This document shows positions 1 to 13,000 of a stretch of 64,000 nucleotides of DNA, one piece after another (positions within the stretch are counted from its first letter, which is position 1; every line of letters begins with the position of its first letter). Below the pieces are notes generated by a model. That model made no database searches. It saw only the letters and a list, made by a program, of their open reading frames with translations, and was not told where the DNA came from. This stretch comes from Malacoraja senta. Its lineage: Eukaryota. The position numbers and the translations under genes are program-made. The stretch spans positions 2,170,001 to 2,234,000 of the forward strand of contig CM075991.1 in the NCBI GenBank assembly GCA_038087875.1, written 5' to 3'.

Positions 1-1106
1 GTTAGATCGCATGGGATCCAAAGATAGCTAATGGCCTGGATAGAAAATTGGCTTCATGGAAGGAAACAGTGGGTGGTGGTGGAACATTGTTTTTTGGACT
101 TGAGGACTCTGATTAGTGGCATGCTTCAAGGATTGGTGCTGGATCCACTGCTGTTTGTGTTTTACATCAACAATTGGGATGTGAACCTACAAGACATGGT
201 AAATAAATTTGCAGATTACATTAAAGTGGCTGGTATTGTAGACAGTGAAAATAGTTGTCAAAAAGTGCAGCAGGATCTTGATCCGTTGGCAAGGCGGCAG
301 AGGAATGGTTAATAGAGTTGAATTCAGATTAATTTGAGGTACATCATTTCAGGAACACTAATCATGATGGGATCTTCACTGTAAATGTCAGGACTCTGGG
401 GAGTTTTGCAGAGCGGAGATCTCAGAATGCAGGTGAATAGTTCATTGAAATTGGTAGCACAGGTTGACAAGGTGGTCAAAAAGGACTTTAGCACTTTGGC
501 CTTCATCAATCAGGATTTTGAGGATAGAAGTTTGGATGTTACAGCCGTACAAGGTGCTAGTGAGGCCAGAGTTGGAGTATTGTGATCAGAGTTGGTCACC
601 CAGCTGTAGAAGATGTTGTTAAACTAGAAAGAATGTAGAGATTTTCCTGTACAAGGATGTTGTCAGGAACTGAGGGACTGAGCTATAATGACTGGATGGG
701 CAGGCTAGGACTGTATTCTGTGGAGAGTGCAAGGATGAGAGGTGAACTTAGAGAGTTGTATATGATCATGAGGGGTATGGACAGGATGGATAGTCTATTA
801 CCCATGTAGGGGAATCAAGAACCAGAGAATTAGGTTGAAGGGGAGGGGGGCAATATTCAATAGGAATTTGAAGGGGAACTTTTCCCAAACACAGGGTGAT
901 GGGCATAAGAAATGAGCTGCCGGTGGAGGTACTGTAACTGAGGCAGAAACAATAACATTTAAAAGACATACGCACAGGTACATGGAAAGGAAAGGTTTAG
1001 AGGGATATGGGCCAAACATGGCCAGGTGGAACTAGTGTAGATGGGGCACCTTGGTTGTCATGGTCTAGCTGGGTCAAAGGGCTTGTTTCTTTGCTGTATG
1101 ACTCTG
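1..1106 (+). mobile_element. CR1-type LINE, decayed 3' part (RT C-terminus and 3' UTR)
   Basis: ORF 31-312 has SGMLQGLVLDPLLFVFYINN...KFADY, a decayed SGVPQGSVLGPLLF/FADD motif. Downstream CR1 C-terminal motifs and the tail gggtcaaagggcttgtttcttgctgtatgactct follow. Confidence 0.85.
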
Positions 1107-1139
1107 AGACACCCTTAGGCACCCGACCGTGTAGCTATG

Positions 1140-2006
1140 ACCTCCAGTGTTGGACTTTTCCACCCTTGGCTAAAAGGTTCTGACCATCTACCTGTCCATC
1201 CCTCTCATAATTTTGTTTACTTCTATCAAGTCTCCCCTCAACCTCCGACATGCCAGCGAAGCAAAGTCAAGACTATCCAACTTCTCCCTGTCGTTGAAAC
1301 CCTGACAACTGGCAACTGAAAAGTCCTTTCACCAGAGAGAGTGCAGTCCTGACCTCCCATCTACCACATTGGAGACCTTTGAACTATCTTTAATAAACGT
1401 TATCAGACTTTTTCTTGCACTGAATGCTGTCCCCTTTATCTTGTACCTCCACACTGTGGACAGCATGATTGTAATCATGTATAGTTTTTTCATTGACTGG
1501 ATGGCATGCAACAAAAAGCTTTTCACTGTTCCTGAGTGTATGTGACAATAATAAACTAAACTAAACTAATCAGGTAGCATTCTGGTAAATCTCCTCTGCA
1601 CCCTCTCGAAAACCCCCACATCTTAAGAACTATCTTTCTGGTAGTGGGGCGACCAGAACTGAAGACAATACTTCAAATGTGGCCTAACCAAAGTCCTATG
1701 TAGCTGTATCGTGACTCCCAGACTCTTGTATTCAATCACCCTCGCAATGCAGGCAAGCACACAATTTATCTCCTTTACACCTTGTCTACTTCTGCTGCCA
1801 CCTTGAAACTATGAAATTGGACACCAAGATCCCTCTGCACACCAATGCTTTTACGGTCTTGCCATTAACTGCATACTCTCTTCTTACATGTTATCCCGCT
1901 CTGTCTTCTGGCAGCATTCCTCACTATCGGCAACTCCATCAATATTAGTATAGTCAACAAACTTACTCAACAACCCATCTACATTTACATCAGGTCATTT
2001 ATATAT
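1140..2006 (-). mobile_element. CR1 fragment, antisense, interrupted by a Rex-type 3' end
   Basis: Reverse complement of the same CR1 C-terminal region (ctggtaaatctcctctgcaccctctc, gaccagaactg..acaatact) seen in other copies. Confidence 0.7.
1305..1567 (+). mobile_element. Rex/Babar-type LINE 3' UTR fragment with (TAAAC)n tail
   Basis: Matches the 3' UTR of the copy at 57160-57745, whose ORF encodes PSGKRYRSVKTHTSRFRDSFFP. Confidence 0.65.
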
Positions 2007-3705
2007 TGTGACAACATGTCCACTTCAAGGTCTGCTCCGATTCCTAGCCACGGGCAAAGGAGCAACAGTTGGATCTGATTAATGGTTATTGGACCAATTC
2101 ATCTGATCCTTGTCCTTATAAACCCTGGGGGAGAGGGAGGTGGGAGAGGGATGATCTTGTTTTGTGAAATAAAGCCCATTCTGTGAGTTCACCTTACTGT
2201 GTGTTCCAGTGTGTTTATTGCTGATGTGGTGGAGAATGTGGGCCTGAGTACTGAGTCCTGAGGGACTGATCTGGCATTTATTTGAGACCAGCATTGATTA
2301 ACAGTGAGTTGCCTGAGAACTATAGCAGCAACCCAAGAGTAGACCCATAACTTTGCTTAGGTAACAGAATCACTGCTGCTTTGTGCCAGTGAAGGCACAT
2401 TGCCCTGGGGTGCATGTGAAAGCATACCTAAGCTTTTTAAAAAAACACATTTCAACTGACTGCTGAGAGGGAAGGATGGGGGTGTCAGGAATTGGATGCA
2501 CATCTTGGCTCCATACCTGAGTGGTGAGACCCGGCAGGCTTACTTATTGCTACCTGTGCAATGGCTGCAGACTGTGATGCCGTCAGGACAGAGGTACTGC
2601 ACTGCCTTGGCCTTTACCTCGTCGTCATGCCACAGCAATTCCATGACTGGAAGTACCACCCCAACATTCTCCCTGACCTGAGATGCCCCAACTAAGGAGT
2701 CTCGCCACTTGCTGGCTCCAGCCCGACCGGCATAACTCTGAGGACGTTGTGGATCGTGTGGTAATGGAACATTAAGGAGCCTGCCAGCTGTGGACCAGGG
2801 TGCAGTGGTACCTCAGGCCGCCCGACCTAATAAGGAAATTATTGAATGTGCTGAAGGAGCCCAAGCGCTACAAGCTGTGAAGCCCCGACTGGCTCAGCCA
2901 ACAGGCAGGAAGGAAAGGCATGAGCACCCCTGACAACCAGAACTTGAGATGAACTCATGTCCATAGACCCAGGACTCCCCTTGTTCCAGTACAACCCATG
3001 GCTGACAATCTGCACCATCCATGGGGGCCAGGAGAAAGGACAACCACCCTGAATGTGCACCCTCTATATTAATGACCAGCCTACATCAGCTTCATTGGAC
3101 CTCGGCAGCTACATTACTCTGGTCTGGCCAGAGCTGTTGCACACAGGCCAACAGCTATCTCAGATTCTACCACTGACATGGTGATGTACGCCATGTTACA
3201 GCTGCCTGCATATGTATTGCCACCAAGCAGCATAGCTGCTCACTCACTGTAGGGGTGGTTAAAGGATTTCTGGTTCTACTCCTCGTTGGACAAGATTGTC
3301 CGGGTTTTGAAGACCTATTCACCGGCCACCATAAGGTCTGAACCACATGTTTTTGGAGACATACAAGGAACCGCGGGGACCTCGTTCACACCTGCTGTAC
3401 CCTGCTGAAAATGAGTCGCCGGGTAGAGATGATCAGAATGAAGAGAAGACAATAGACGAGGAGCTGGAGGGAAAACAGAGCAACGTGGAGATCCTCAATG
3501 ATAGGTTCCAAAAGACGTTGATGCAGGTTGGAACTGAATTCAGAGCTTGCTAGTGAGCACAGTTGGACAGAAGAGTGAAAATGAACAGCAACATGAGAAT
3601 GGAGATGACCTTTCCCACCCTTTGATCAGACCTTCTACAAATCCTGAGATTGGCACAACCTGGAGGGGAAATGTGACGACACTTTCCTTTAAGGTCCTTG
3701 AGGGG
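2007..3705 (+). mobile_element. Decayed Gmr1-like Gypsy LTR retrotransposon (5' LTR, PBS, SCAN-like gag, protease)
   Basis: TGTGAC start, TATA-like (about 2115) and AATAAA (about 2168), then PBS. Peptides: LAPYLSGETRQAY (ORF 2496), CWLQPDRHNSEDVVDRVVMEH (2710-2772, SCAN-like), INDQPTSASLDLGSYITLV (3068 onward, protease-like) and VGQDCPGF. Right boundary is uncertain. Confidence 0.7.
2227..2243 (+). promoter_or_regulatory. Primer binding site complementary to tRNA-Ala 3' end
   Basis: TGGTGGAGAATGTGGGC is the reverse complement of GCCCACATTCTCCACCA, a vertebrate tRNA-Ala(AGC)-type 3' end. Confidence 0.75.
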
Positions 3706-3889
<184 letters not shown>

Positions 3890-4478
3890 TGACTTTCTCA
3901 GCTCTGGCGGCTGAGAAGTTTTGAAGCGACCTTTCAAGGTTCTTGTTGATGGAAGAGGGACAGAGGCAATGAGATTTCAAAGTTTGACAAGTTTGGACTG
4001 CTGAAACTTTCCTTTGTTAAAGGATTTCTCCATGTGAGGAGTTCCTGAGTTCTTCTGGACCGCGGTGGGAGCAGCTGTAGCTGGCGGATTGCCAAGAGTG
4101 CCTGGAGACCGAGGGGTAGGAAAGACTTCGGTGTCTTTGACGTTTCTAGCACCGAATCTCTGCCTCCATGCCGTTTTGCACAGAGCAGCTGCCTGGGCTT
4201 AATGAGAGGAAGGTACTTTTTGCTTCCAGCAGTTTCCGGAAACTCGGAAGGGCTTTAAAGAGCCTCCCAAAAGCTGCTCTCGGCTGTGAAGTTGAGCATG
4301 GGGATTTTCCTTACTCAGCTGGAGGGAACAGCTTCTGTGACTGTCTGTGAGATCGCTTTTGAGCTGAGTTGCAGGTGTCCCTGGTGCTGGTTTGTGCCAC
4401 TGTCAAGATGGCGGGGCTCGGTCTCGGGGTCGGAGTTATGCAGCTGTGGCTTCGGCTGCGGTTTCGGGGCCAATTGAG

Positions 4479-4897
4479 GATTCATTCATTCAATTCATTC
4501 ATTCAATTCATTCATTCAATTCATTCATTCAATTCATTCATTCAAGAAGTTTATTGCCATGTCAACAAGTTGATAGGAATGTGTCTTGGTTCGCTCTCAG
4601 ACAGATACAATTCAGTACAATACATCCACCACATACACCACAATAAATAATAAATAATACAGACAATATCGTACGAAGGACAATATATACAGGAAGGACA
4701 GTACCCAGCAGCGTCATGTTAAGGTGCAAGTGCAAAAGAAAATGCAAAGTGATTAGTGCAAATTCAAATATCTGATGGCTTGGAGGTAGGTGCTGTCTCT
4801 GAAGCGAGATGTTTTACTTTTAATGCTTCTATATCTCCTTCCTGATGGGAGGAGATTAAAGAGGTGATGTGCCGGGTGAAAGTGGTCTGCTATGATT
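4479..4897 (-). mobile_element. Rex/Babar LINE 3' fragment with (TGAA)-type tail, inserted in Tx1 ORF1
   Basis: Minus strand encodes HPAHHLFNLLPSGRRYRSIKSKTSRFRDST. An (ATTC)/(ATTCA) array lies at 4480-4544. Confidence 0.75.
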
Positions 4898-6159
4898 TAA
4901 AAAAAAAAAATTGTTGTTGATTTTTTTGAGCCTTATGTTGACTTGGATGGCAGTATCTATGGGATCTCTGTCCAAACCGGGTTCCTGTGGAGCAGGGATG
5001 CAATAACGTAGGGTTTGCATGACCTTTTCAAGAGGGATGTTATTGCCTCTTCCGAGCTTGCAACAGGGAAGGTTGGGATGATATTAACGTCCCAGGAGGA
5101 TGTGGCCCTGGCATTGGAGAGGGGGTTCACAGTGGAGGGGGTCTTTATACCAGTGGAACCGTGGGTGTCCACTATGAAACCGGTTCTCCTGCGGAATTGT
5201 CCCACGTTTCTCCGGGATGCACAAATTCTTCCACACTTGGAAAAGATTGGTGAGGTGCGGTCTAAGCTTATTAGGCTTATGCACCCCGGGAATGACCCGA
5301 ATGAAAAAAGGGGTCTTGAGTTTCAAGAAGCGGGTTTTCATGAAGGTGGAAGAGGGGATGGGCGCTGAGGGGAGCTTCGTTGTGGAGCATCGGGGTGCCT
5401 CCCACCGCGTGTATTGGAGTTGGGGAGAGGCACGGTGTCATGCGTGTGGAGAGTTTGGACATCTCCGCTGGGATTGTCCCAATTGCCGGGCCACTGTAAG
5501 AAATACTAACGTAGCAGCCCAGGATTGCATTGCTGGCCCGTCCGGGGTGGCCTGTTATGCCTCAGTGACCCGGGGCGGTACCGATGATTCGGCTGGGGCT
5601 GCCAGCTTCGCCTCGGTGACCCAGGGCGGCACTGCTAACCCTTCTGGAGCGGCCAGCTCCACGTCGCCGGCCCAGGGCAGTGATGGCCCCTGTCCCCTAC
5701 GTCCTGAACCTGTGGTGGTGGTTGACGGCGAGGCGCAGGGGAAGGGGAAGGGTGAAGGGAGGGAGGGGGATTGGGTTGTGCAGAGGAAGAAAAGGTCTAA
5801 GATGAAGAGTAAGCTCCTCCAAGCAAGTCAATCGCAAGTGGATGGGCCCTTGCACAAATCTGAGCCCACCCAAGGAGTGCCTGTTGGCCCCAGTGAAGGT
5901 CCAAAATGCACGTGGTGTGGCTAAGTTAGGAGCTGAGGTGGGTCAGAAGGGGGCAGGGGAGGTAAAACGTGGGGTGGAAAAGAGGCAGCAGGTAGTGTGG
6001 AGGCGGAGGACCCTTCCTTTATGGAGGTCACCGTACCGCCGCATGCCAGTGTGACTAAAAGAAGGCCTGGGCCCGGAGAGGGAGAGCAAGGTCGTGGGCC
6101 CAAAGTAAGGGGGACGGCTACTTCGAGACCTTCCACCCTGATGAGGATGGTGGCCACGA

Positions 6160-6445
6160 ACTGGTGTCCTCTGGGCCGGAGGTTGGCACTTTGTTTCAGG
6201 GACCTTCCGCGGGTGTTACAAGACTAGTTACTGGGGTTGACTCCCCTGTAAATGTGTCCTCTGGGCCAGTGGTTGTCCCCTCGTCTCAGGGGCCTTCCGA
6301 GGGAGTTATTTCACTGGTTATTGGGCATAACTCCCCAGGGAGTGTGTCCTCTGGGTCGGAGGAGGTCCCCTCAATTCAGAGGCCTTCTGAGGGTGTTGGA
6401 ATACCAGTTATTGGGGTTGGCTCCCCTGGAAATGTGTCCCCTGGG
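6160..6445 (+). repeat. Degenerate tandem repeat of about 90 bp within Tx1 ORF1
   Basis: gtgtcctctggg...ggccttc.gagggg...gtta.tgggg..ctcccc recurs 3-4 times. Confidence 0.7.
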
Positions 6446-8911
6446 ATGGGGGATGAGCAGAGTCAGCCTGAACGGGAAGGCTCGGGAGTTCCAATGTTCC
6501 AGTCTGTGCTCCTTATTAGAGCCAGTGGAGGTGCTGTGGGGTGTGCTACCTCACCGGCTGAGGTAGTAGGGGAAATTCCAAAAACACCTGCTCTTTCAGT
6601 GGGTCTTGGTAAGGTTGCTCCCCTGGTGGTGGAGGGTGGAGACTCTCTGGGTGTTGCCAGTGGAGCGTGTACTCTGGGTGCTGTGGGGGTCGTGGCTGTG
6701 ACCCTCTTTTGGATTCGGGGATGTGCCTGCGCACCACGGGCCCTGGGGGTGCCTCTTGTGTTTCTTCCCCAGGCCCAGATGTGGGGGGTGGTGGGAGAGT
6801 TCAGGAGCCTGGCCTTTCACCGGACAGCTCGTTGCTGACAGGGGTATTGAGACCCTCGCTCGGCATTGATCCTGGGGGTGGTGTCATGCCGGAGGAGGGG
6901 GAGAGTGATGGGGCCGGCTTGTGCAGTGGGGTGCGTGAGCTTTCAGCGAGCTGTAGTCCTTCGAACTCTGACAATGACTTTGAGTGCAGTACAGGGGAGG
7001 ATGCTGCTCCAGGTGTGAGTGGGTTGGTGGATTGCCCGGACTCCAGGGCTGTGTCTCGAACGGTCGTTATCTGTGAGATTTGGGACTTTTATAAAATAAA
7101 CAGGAGTGCTAGGACTAGAATTGAAGCAGCGCGGAGATGGTGGACAAATCTGTCGGGGTTTATCAAGACTCTTGATATTATTCTAGGCAGCAAAGACAGT
7201 GATCTTCCTGAGTCTGAGAAGCGTCAGTTTGGGGACTTTTTGAAGATCCTCAGAGAGAAAGTGTCTGAGTCCACAAGGAGTGTGAGGAACACATCCTAGT
7301 GTGTTTGCACATTCATAGTTGCTACTTTCCCACTGGTATTAGAGGGGGCTTTCGTAGATTTCATCATCTGTCCTCAGAGAGGGGAAATATGCAGTGAGTT
7401 TTCTGCAAGAGACGCATACTGTTGTCAGTGATGAACCCACCTGGCGACTGGAGTGGGAAGGGGGTGTCTACATGAGCCACCGCAGCACAAATTCGAGTGG
7501 GGTGGCTTTTCTGTTGGCCCCGACTTTTCGGCCAGAGATCCTGAAGGTGCAAGAAGTCGTGCCAGGTCGTTTGCTCTATCTGGCCGTGAGCCTGGATGGC
7601 ATGCCGTTGCTTTTTATTAACGTGTATGCCCCCAGCACCGGCACGATGCAGGCCTGCCTACTTGGTGCCGTGCTCGGACCACTGTCTGGTGCGTGTGGAC
7701 ATTAATGCAGCGCGCACACAGGCTGGGTCCGCGTACTGGCATTTTAATAACCGGCTGCTGGAGGACCGGAGTTTCCGGGAGTCATTCAGTCAGTTTGGGA
7801 TGAAGTGGAGAGAGAGACAGAGGAGCTTCTCTTCCCTTAGGCAGTGGCGGGATGTGGGGAAAGCTCACATTGTCTCTTTTGTAAGGAATACACGTGGGGG
7901 TCGACTGGAAGGCGGGACTCAGCGGCCGAGAGGCCTGAGAGGGAGTTACTCGATCGATGCAGAGTCTCGCCTGGGTCGGATTGGTGAGGACTCCTGTGAA
8001 TGGGGAGAGTTTCAGGAGAAGAAGGAAGCCTTGAGGAACCTGCTGCTTGAGCGGTCCCGAGGCGCTTACGTGAGATCGCGGGTCCAGGTGATGCAAAATC
8101 TGGACCGAGCTTCACCTTTCTTTTTCTCTCTGGAGAAAGGGCGGGGAGCCCGCAAAAAGCTCATAGAGCTGCTCGCAGACGATGGCTCCTCTGTCACAGA
8201 TCCAGAGAGGATCAGTGCTTTAGTCCAGTCCTTTTATGGGTCCCTGTTCTCGGCAGATGGATTCAGCGGGGAGGCTCAGCGGGTCCTGTGGGAGGGTCTA
8301 CCGACTGTAGATAGGGAGGTGTTTGTACTTCTTGATGACCCCTTATCATTGGAGGAGTTGACTCGTGCCCTGCACCAGCTCAGGAGGGACACGTCCCCTG
8401 GGCTGGATTTGTTAGAGCTTTCTGCGATATCCTGGGGGGTGATTACATGAAGGTTCTGGGGAGAGCCTGGCGACTGGGGAGATGCCCCTCTCGTGGTGCA
8501 GGGCAGTTGTTGTCTTGCTGCTCAAGAAGGGCGAACTCCGCCTGTTGAAGAACTGCCGCCCGGTCTCTCTCCTCTGTATGGAGTACAAAGTTTTTGCACG
8601 GGCGATGGTAGATCGCCTGGGCTCCGTGCTGTCTCAACTGATTCACCCTGACCAGTCCTATACAGTCCCTGGCCGGTCCGTTCAGGATAGCGTCCACCTG
8701 GTTAGGGACCTGATTCATCTATCTCAGGGTACCGGTCAGTCAGCTGCCTTTCTGTCTCTTGATCAGGAGAAGGCTTTTGATAGGGTAGAGCATGACTACC
8801 TCTTCGGGACGTTGCAAGCAGTTCGGATTTGGACTGCATTTTGTGGCCCGGGTCCGGCGTTTGTACGCTGCAGTGGAGTGTCTTGTGTAGGTTAATGGTG
8901 TGTTGTTGGCT

Positions 8912-9607
8912 CCATATAACCATATAACCATATAACCATTACAGCACGGAAACAGGCCATCTCGGCCCTTCAAGTGCATGCCGAACATTTTTTTTCCCCA
9001 TTTATTTTTCCCTTCTTCCTTCCCCCTAGTCCCATCTACCTGCCCTCAGACCATATCCCTCGATTCCTTTCCCATCCATATACCCATCCAATCTATTTTT
9101 AAAGGATAAAATCGAACCTGCCTCCACCACTTCCACTGGAAGCTCATTCCACACAGCTACCACTCTCTGAGTAAAGAAGTTCCCCCTAATGTTACCCCTA
9201 AACTTCTGTCCCTTAATTCTCAAGTCATGTCCCCTTGTTTGAATCTTCCCTATTCTCAATGGGAAAAGCTTATCCACGTCAACTCTGTCTAACCCGCTCA
9301 TCATTTTAAAGATTTCTATCAAGTCCCCCTCAACCTTCTGCGCTCCAAAGAATAAAGACCTAACTTGTTCAACCTTTCTCTGTAACTTAGTTGCTGAAAC
9401 CCAGGCAACATTCTAGTAAATCTCCTCTGTACTCTCTCTATTTTGTTGACATCCTTCCTATAATTTGGCGACCAAAATTGTACTCCATACTCCAGAATTG
9501 GCCTCACCAATGCCTTGTACAATTTTAACATTACATCCCAACTTCTATATTCAATGCTCTGATTTATAAAGGCCAGCACACCAAAAGCTTTCTTTACCAC
9601 CCTATCT
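8912..9607 (-). mobile_element. Young CR1 3' fragment with (CCATATAA)n tail as read on the + strand
   Basis: ORFs 9026-9322 and 9319-9600 encode the CR1 ORF2 C-terminus (LVRPILEYGVQFWSP, NFFTQRVVAVWNELP). Confidence 0.9.
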
Positions 9608-9804
9608 CCAAAAAGAAGTGCATGTTAATGTTTGCTGCTTTAAATATGACTGCTGGGGGACTAGATGGAGCACAGGCAAGATGCATTATCATCCTTACCC
9701 TCAGGGGAAGGGTGATAATGTGGAACCTGTCTCTCTATAAAGAACTTTCACAGATTGATTTATGCATCTGTGACGTACATAGGCTTAAATCTTTTATCCC
9801 TCTG

Positions 9805-10075
9805 ACTGTACTCGCTGGAGTTTAGAAGAATGAGGGGGGACCTCATTGAAACATACAGAATAGTGAAAGGCCTGGATAGAGTGGATGAGGAGAGGATGTT
9901 TCCACAAGTGGGAGAGTCTAAGACTAGAGGTCATAGCCTCAGAATTAAAGGATGTTCTTTTAGGAAGGAGATGAGGAGAAATGTCTTTAGTCAGAGGGTG
10001 GTGAATCTGTGGAATTCTTGGCACAGAAGGCTGTGGAGGCCAAGTCAGTGGATATTTTTAAGGCAGAGATAGATA
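9805..10075 (+). mobile_element. CR1 3' fragment, left half (continues at 14240-14390)
   Basis: ORF 9830 MRGDLIETYRIVKGLDRVD. The intact copy at 63328-63765 shows the join aggcagagatagatagattcttgattag. Confidence 0.85.
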
Positions 10076-13000
10076 CAATAGATTTTACTTCGGAGTCACG
10101 TGAGTGATTCCATGAAGAAGTCCCGCCAGAGCGCATGCGCGTCATTACGTCTGACGCATTGGCGTACGGACCAGCGGGAGGACAGAGCTCCTCCTGTGGT
10201 AAGTAGTTTTAAAGTAATTTTTTTTAAACTCCAGCTAAGTGGGAAAACTTAGCTGGAGTAAGAAGTTGTTTTGCTGTGGTGCCGTGCTTTGTTGGGTTTT
10301 TACAGGGCACCATGGACAAGATGACCAGGGGGAGGCGAGCCGCAAGTAAAGCAAAGGAGAGCCGCGGGAATGTGGTCTGTGAGCGGCTGCCTCGTACCCC
10401 TGCACAGTCGCCGACCGGGAGCGGGGCGACTGCAGACTTGGTGCTACAAAGCACCAAAGCACAGAGCCAACGCCAGTCGGGCATAAGGGTAAGGGAAAAG
10501 TCTGCGAGGCCCTCAGACTCAACTGATTCGGGCCACGACGAATCCCGTACGGGGCTGGATACTGTTTTTAAACGGTTATCCCAAATGGAGCACCTCATAC
10601 AGGGCTTGCTCCAGTAACGCACACTCCGGGGGGAGGAGTCGTGTGGGCGGCAGGCTGCAGAAGAGGCCACGCCGGCAGCACCTGGAAGAGGGCTGCTCGA
10701 TAGCACCCTCATTGATGAGGTGAGTGCAGAGGGGCAGCTAAGTTCTGACCCCGACTCTGACGGTGACTTCGATCCTTGCGAAGACGGACGTTTTCAGAGG
10801 TCCCATCTCTGGCAGCACGATTCGCTGTCCCGTCAAAGTCTGGAGAGGCACTGGGAGATGAGCTGGCCCCCACGATATAGAGGGCTGCTTGATAGCACCC
10901 TCATTGAAAAGGCGACTCCAGAGGGTCAGCTGAGTTCTGACCCCGACTCTCACGGTGAGTTCGAGCCTAGCGAAGACAGCCGTTGTCAGAGGTCTTATCT
11001 CTGGCAGCACGACTCGCTGTCCCGTCAGAGTCTGGTACCGCCAAGAAACAGGAGACCCGGGTAACTGCGAGTTGCTGGAGGTGCCAGCAGTGAACCAGGT
11101 GATATGGAGCCAGATGCGCGTGGGCATGAGTGCCCAGGAGATGAAGCTGCAGAGAATCCTGAAACTACTTGGCTCAGGAATCACGGCGTTCGCTAGAACA
11201 GTGGATGGAAGGCATCTGTCGGAGACACAGCAAGAGGTACTAGGGTTGCTTTGTAGTGCCCATTTTGAGATAAAGTGTCTCAGGGAAAGTGCCATTCGGC
11301 CCACCATTAATCCCAAGGTTGCAGCACTCTGCCAGCCCAGCAACATACAGCCGGCCAACCTACTCTTCGGAGATGACCTCGCCAAGTGTGTCTAGGAGAT
11401 GGATTATGAGGCAAAGTCGGTGGGTTGATCAAGCCACCGGGGGTCGGCAAGTTTCCAAAAAAGAAAGTACCCCTACAAACGAGGGACAGATTGGTCTGGA
11501 CCAGGAACAAGTCGGCCGGCAATGCAGATGTGCAGGTGGCATTCAGCAGCGGGAACACGGTCAAACATCTCTATTTTCCAAGATGGCAGATGTGCAGGAG
11601 TGGGCGCCGTTTGTATGGCCGCCTGCCTGCAGTCCGTCCTCTAACTCTTTTATTGTCTGAACATTTATTTTTTGGAGTCTATTCTTTCTACGTGGGGGGG
11701 GGGAACTGTTTTAACCCCAGTCCTACCTGGTCAGAGATGCGGTTTTCCTCCAAATCGCGTCTCCGGTCTCCCCATGCGGCCTTCCATCGGGCTGGGACGG
11801 CGTTTCCTGCCGGGGACCACAGCTTCGGCGGCGCAGCGCTGGGACATCAGCAGGGAGCGGGCGATGCCTTGCCGGGTCGCCGCTCTGGAGTGCTGTGGCC
11901 GCCGACCACCAACATCGGGCAGCCGCAGTCTGCGGTCTGCGGTTTGAGGGCGACACCGCGGAGTCGAGGCTCCAACCGGCGCGGCCTGAAATCCACGGGC
12001 GTCGCAGTCTCCGGGGAAGGAGCGGCCGCTCCAGACATTTCCAAGCTGCTGAGGACTTTTCCACCCGATGCGGGTGGGCAAACAACATCGGGCTGCCGTT
12101 GCGGCGACTGGCTGCAGTAGCCTCAAACTGGCCCCGACCTCGGGTGGACTAGGAGGAGGAGGAGGACTGGACATTTTGGTGCCTTCCCTCACAGTGGAGA
12201 GTGGAGATTCTACTGTGGGGGGATGTTCGTGTTTGTGTAAAATCTCTTATAGTGTGTTGTCATTTTTTCTATCTCTTTTTATTATTTGTATGGTTAGTAA
12301 CTGTAAAGCACTTTGGCTTTTGATTCAAATCAATTGGAAAATGTGCTATATAAATAAACTTATTATTATTATTATTATTATAAACGTTGGCTTTCCCGCC
12401 AGGGGCCGGGGACAACGGGATCCATCAGGTACCAAGGAGGTAGGTGGGCCTGGTTCTCAGGTGCACATATCAAATGTGACACAACTAAAATCTGGGGGTA
12501 CATTACATCGGTTCCGGGATGAATGGAAGCAAATTACCTCAGATCTGTTTATACTGAGTATTATTGAAGGGTTTCGAATGGAGTTCAATCCAAATTGTGA
12601 TTTGCACATTCAGCATGTTCCTGGGAGAACTGTTCAGTTTTCATTAACAGAACAGATGGAGGTTCAGACTGCGCTTGGAAGCTTATGTGATAAAGGTGTA
12701 ATTGGAAAGTCAGTTCACCAACCCCATCAATTTGTGTCTAATATTTTCCCAGGCCAAAAAAGGATGGTGAATGTAGTATAGACATTGTAAGATGGAATTG
12801 TCACTGCCAAGCAACTGGGTCCAGAGGATGCTATATGGCGACTATAGAGCTTAAAGATGCCAATTACTCAGTGTCTGTTCATTTGCAGGATAGAGGATAT
12901 TTGAAATTCACCTGGATGGATCAACTATGGCACAAAATTGTTAAAACCTATAATAGGCATGCTGAGAGGCCAGGGTCAGGTGCTCATGGCTTATCTCGAT

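Noticed and set aside
11425..12192. Overlapping GC-rich ORFs as a host gene
   Set aside because: No recognisable domain; they lie in a retroposon insertion with a (TTA)n tail inside DIRS.
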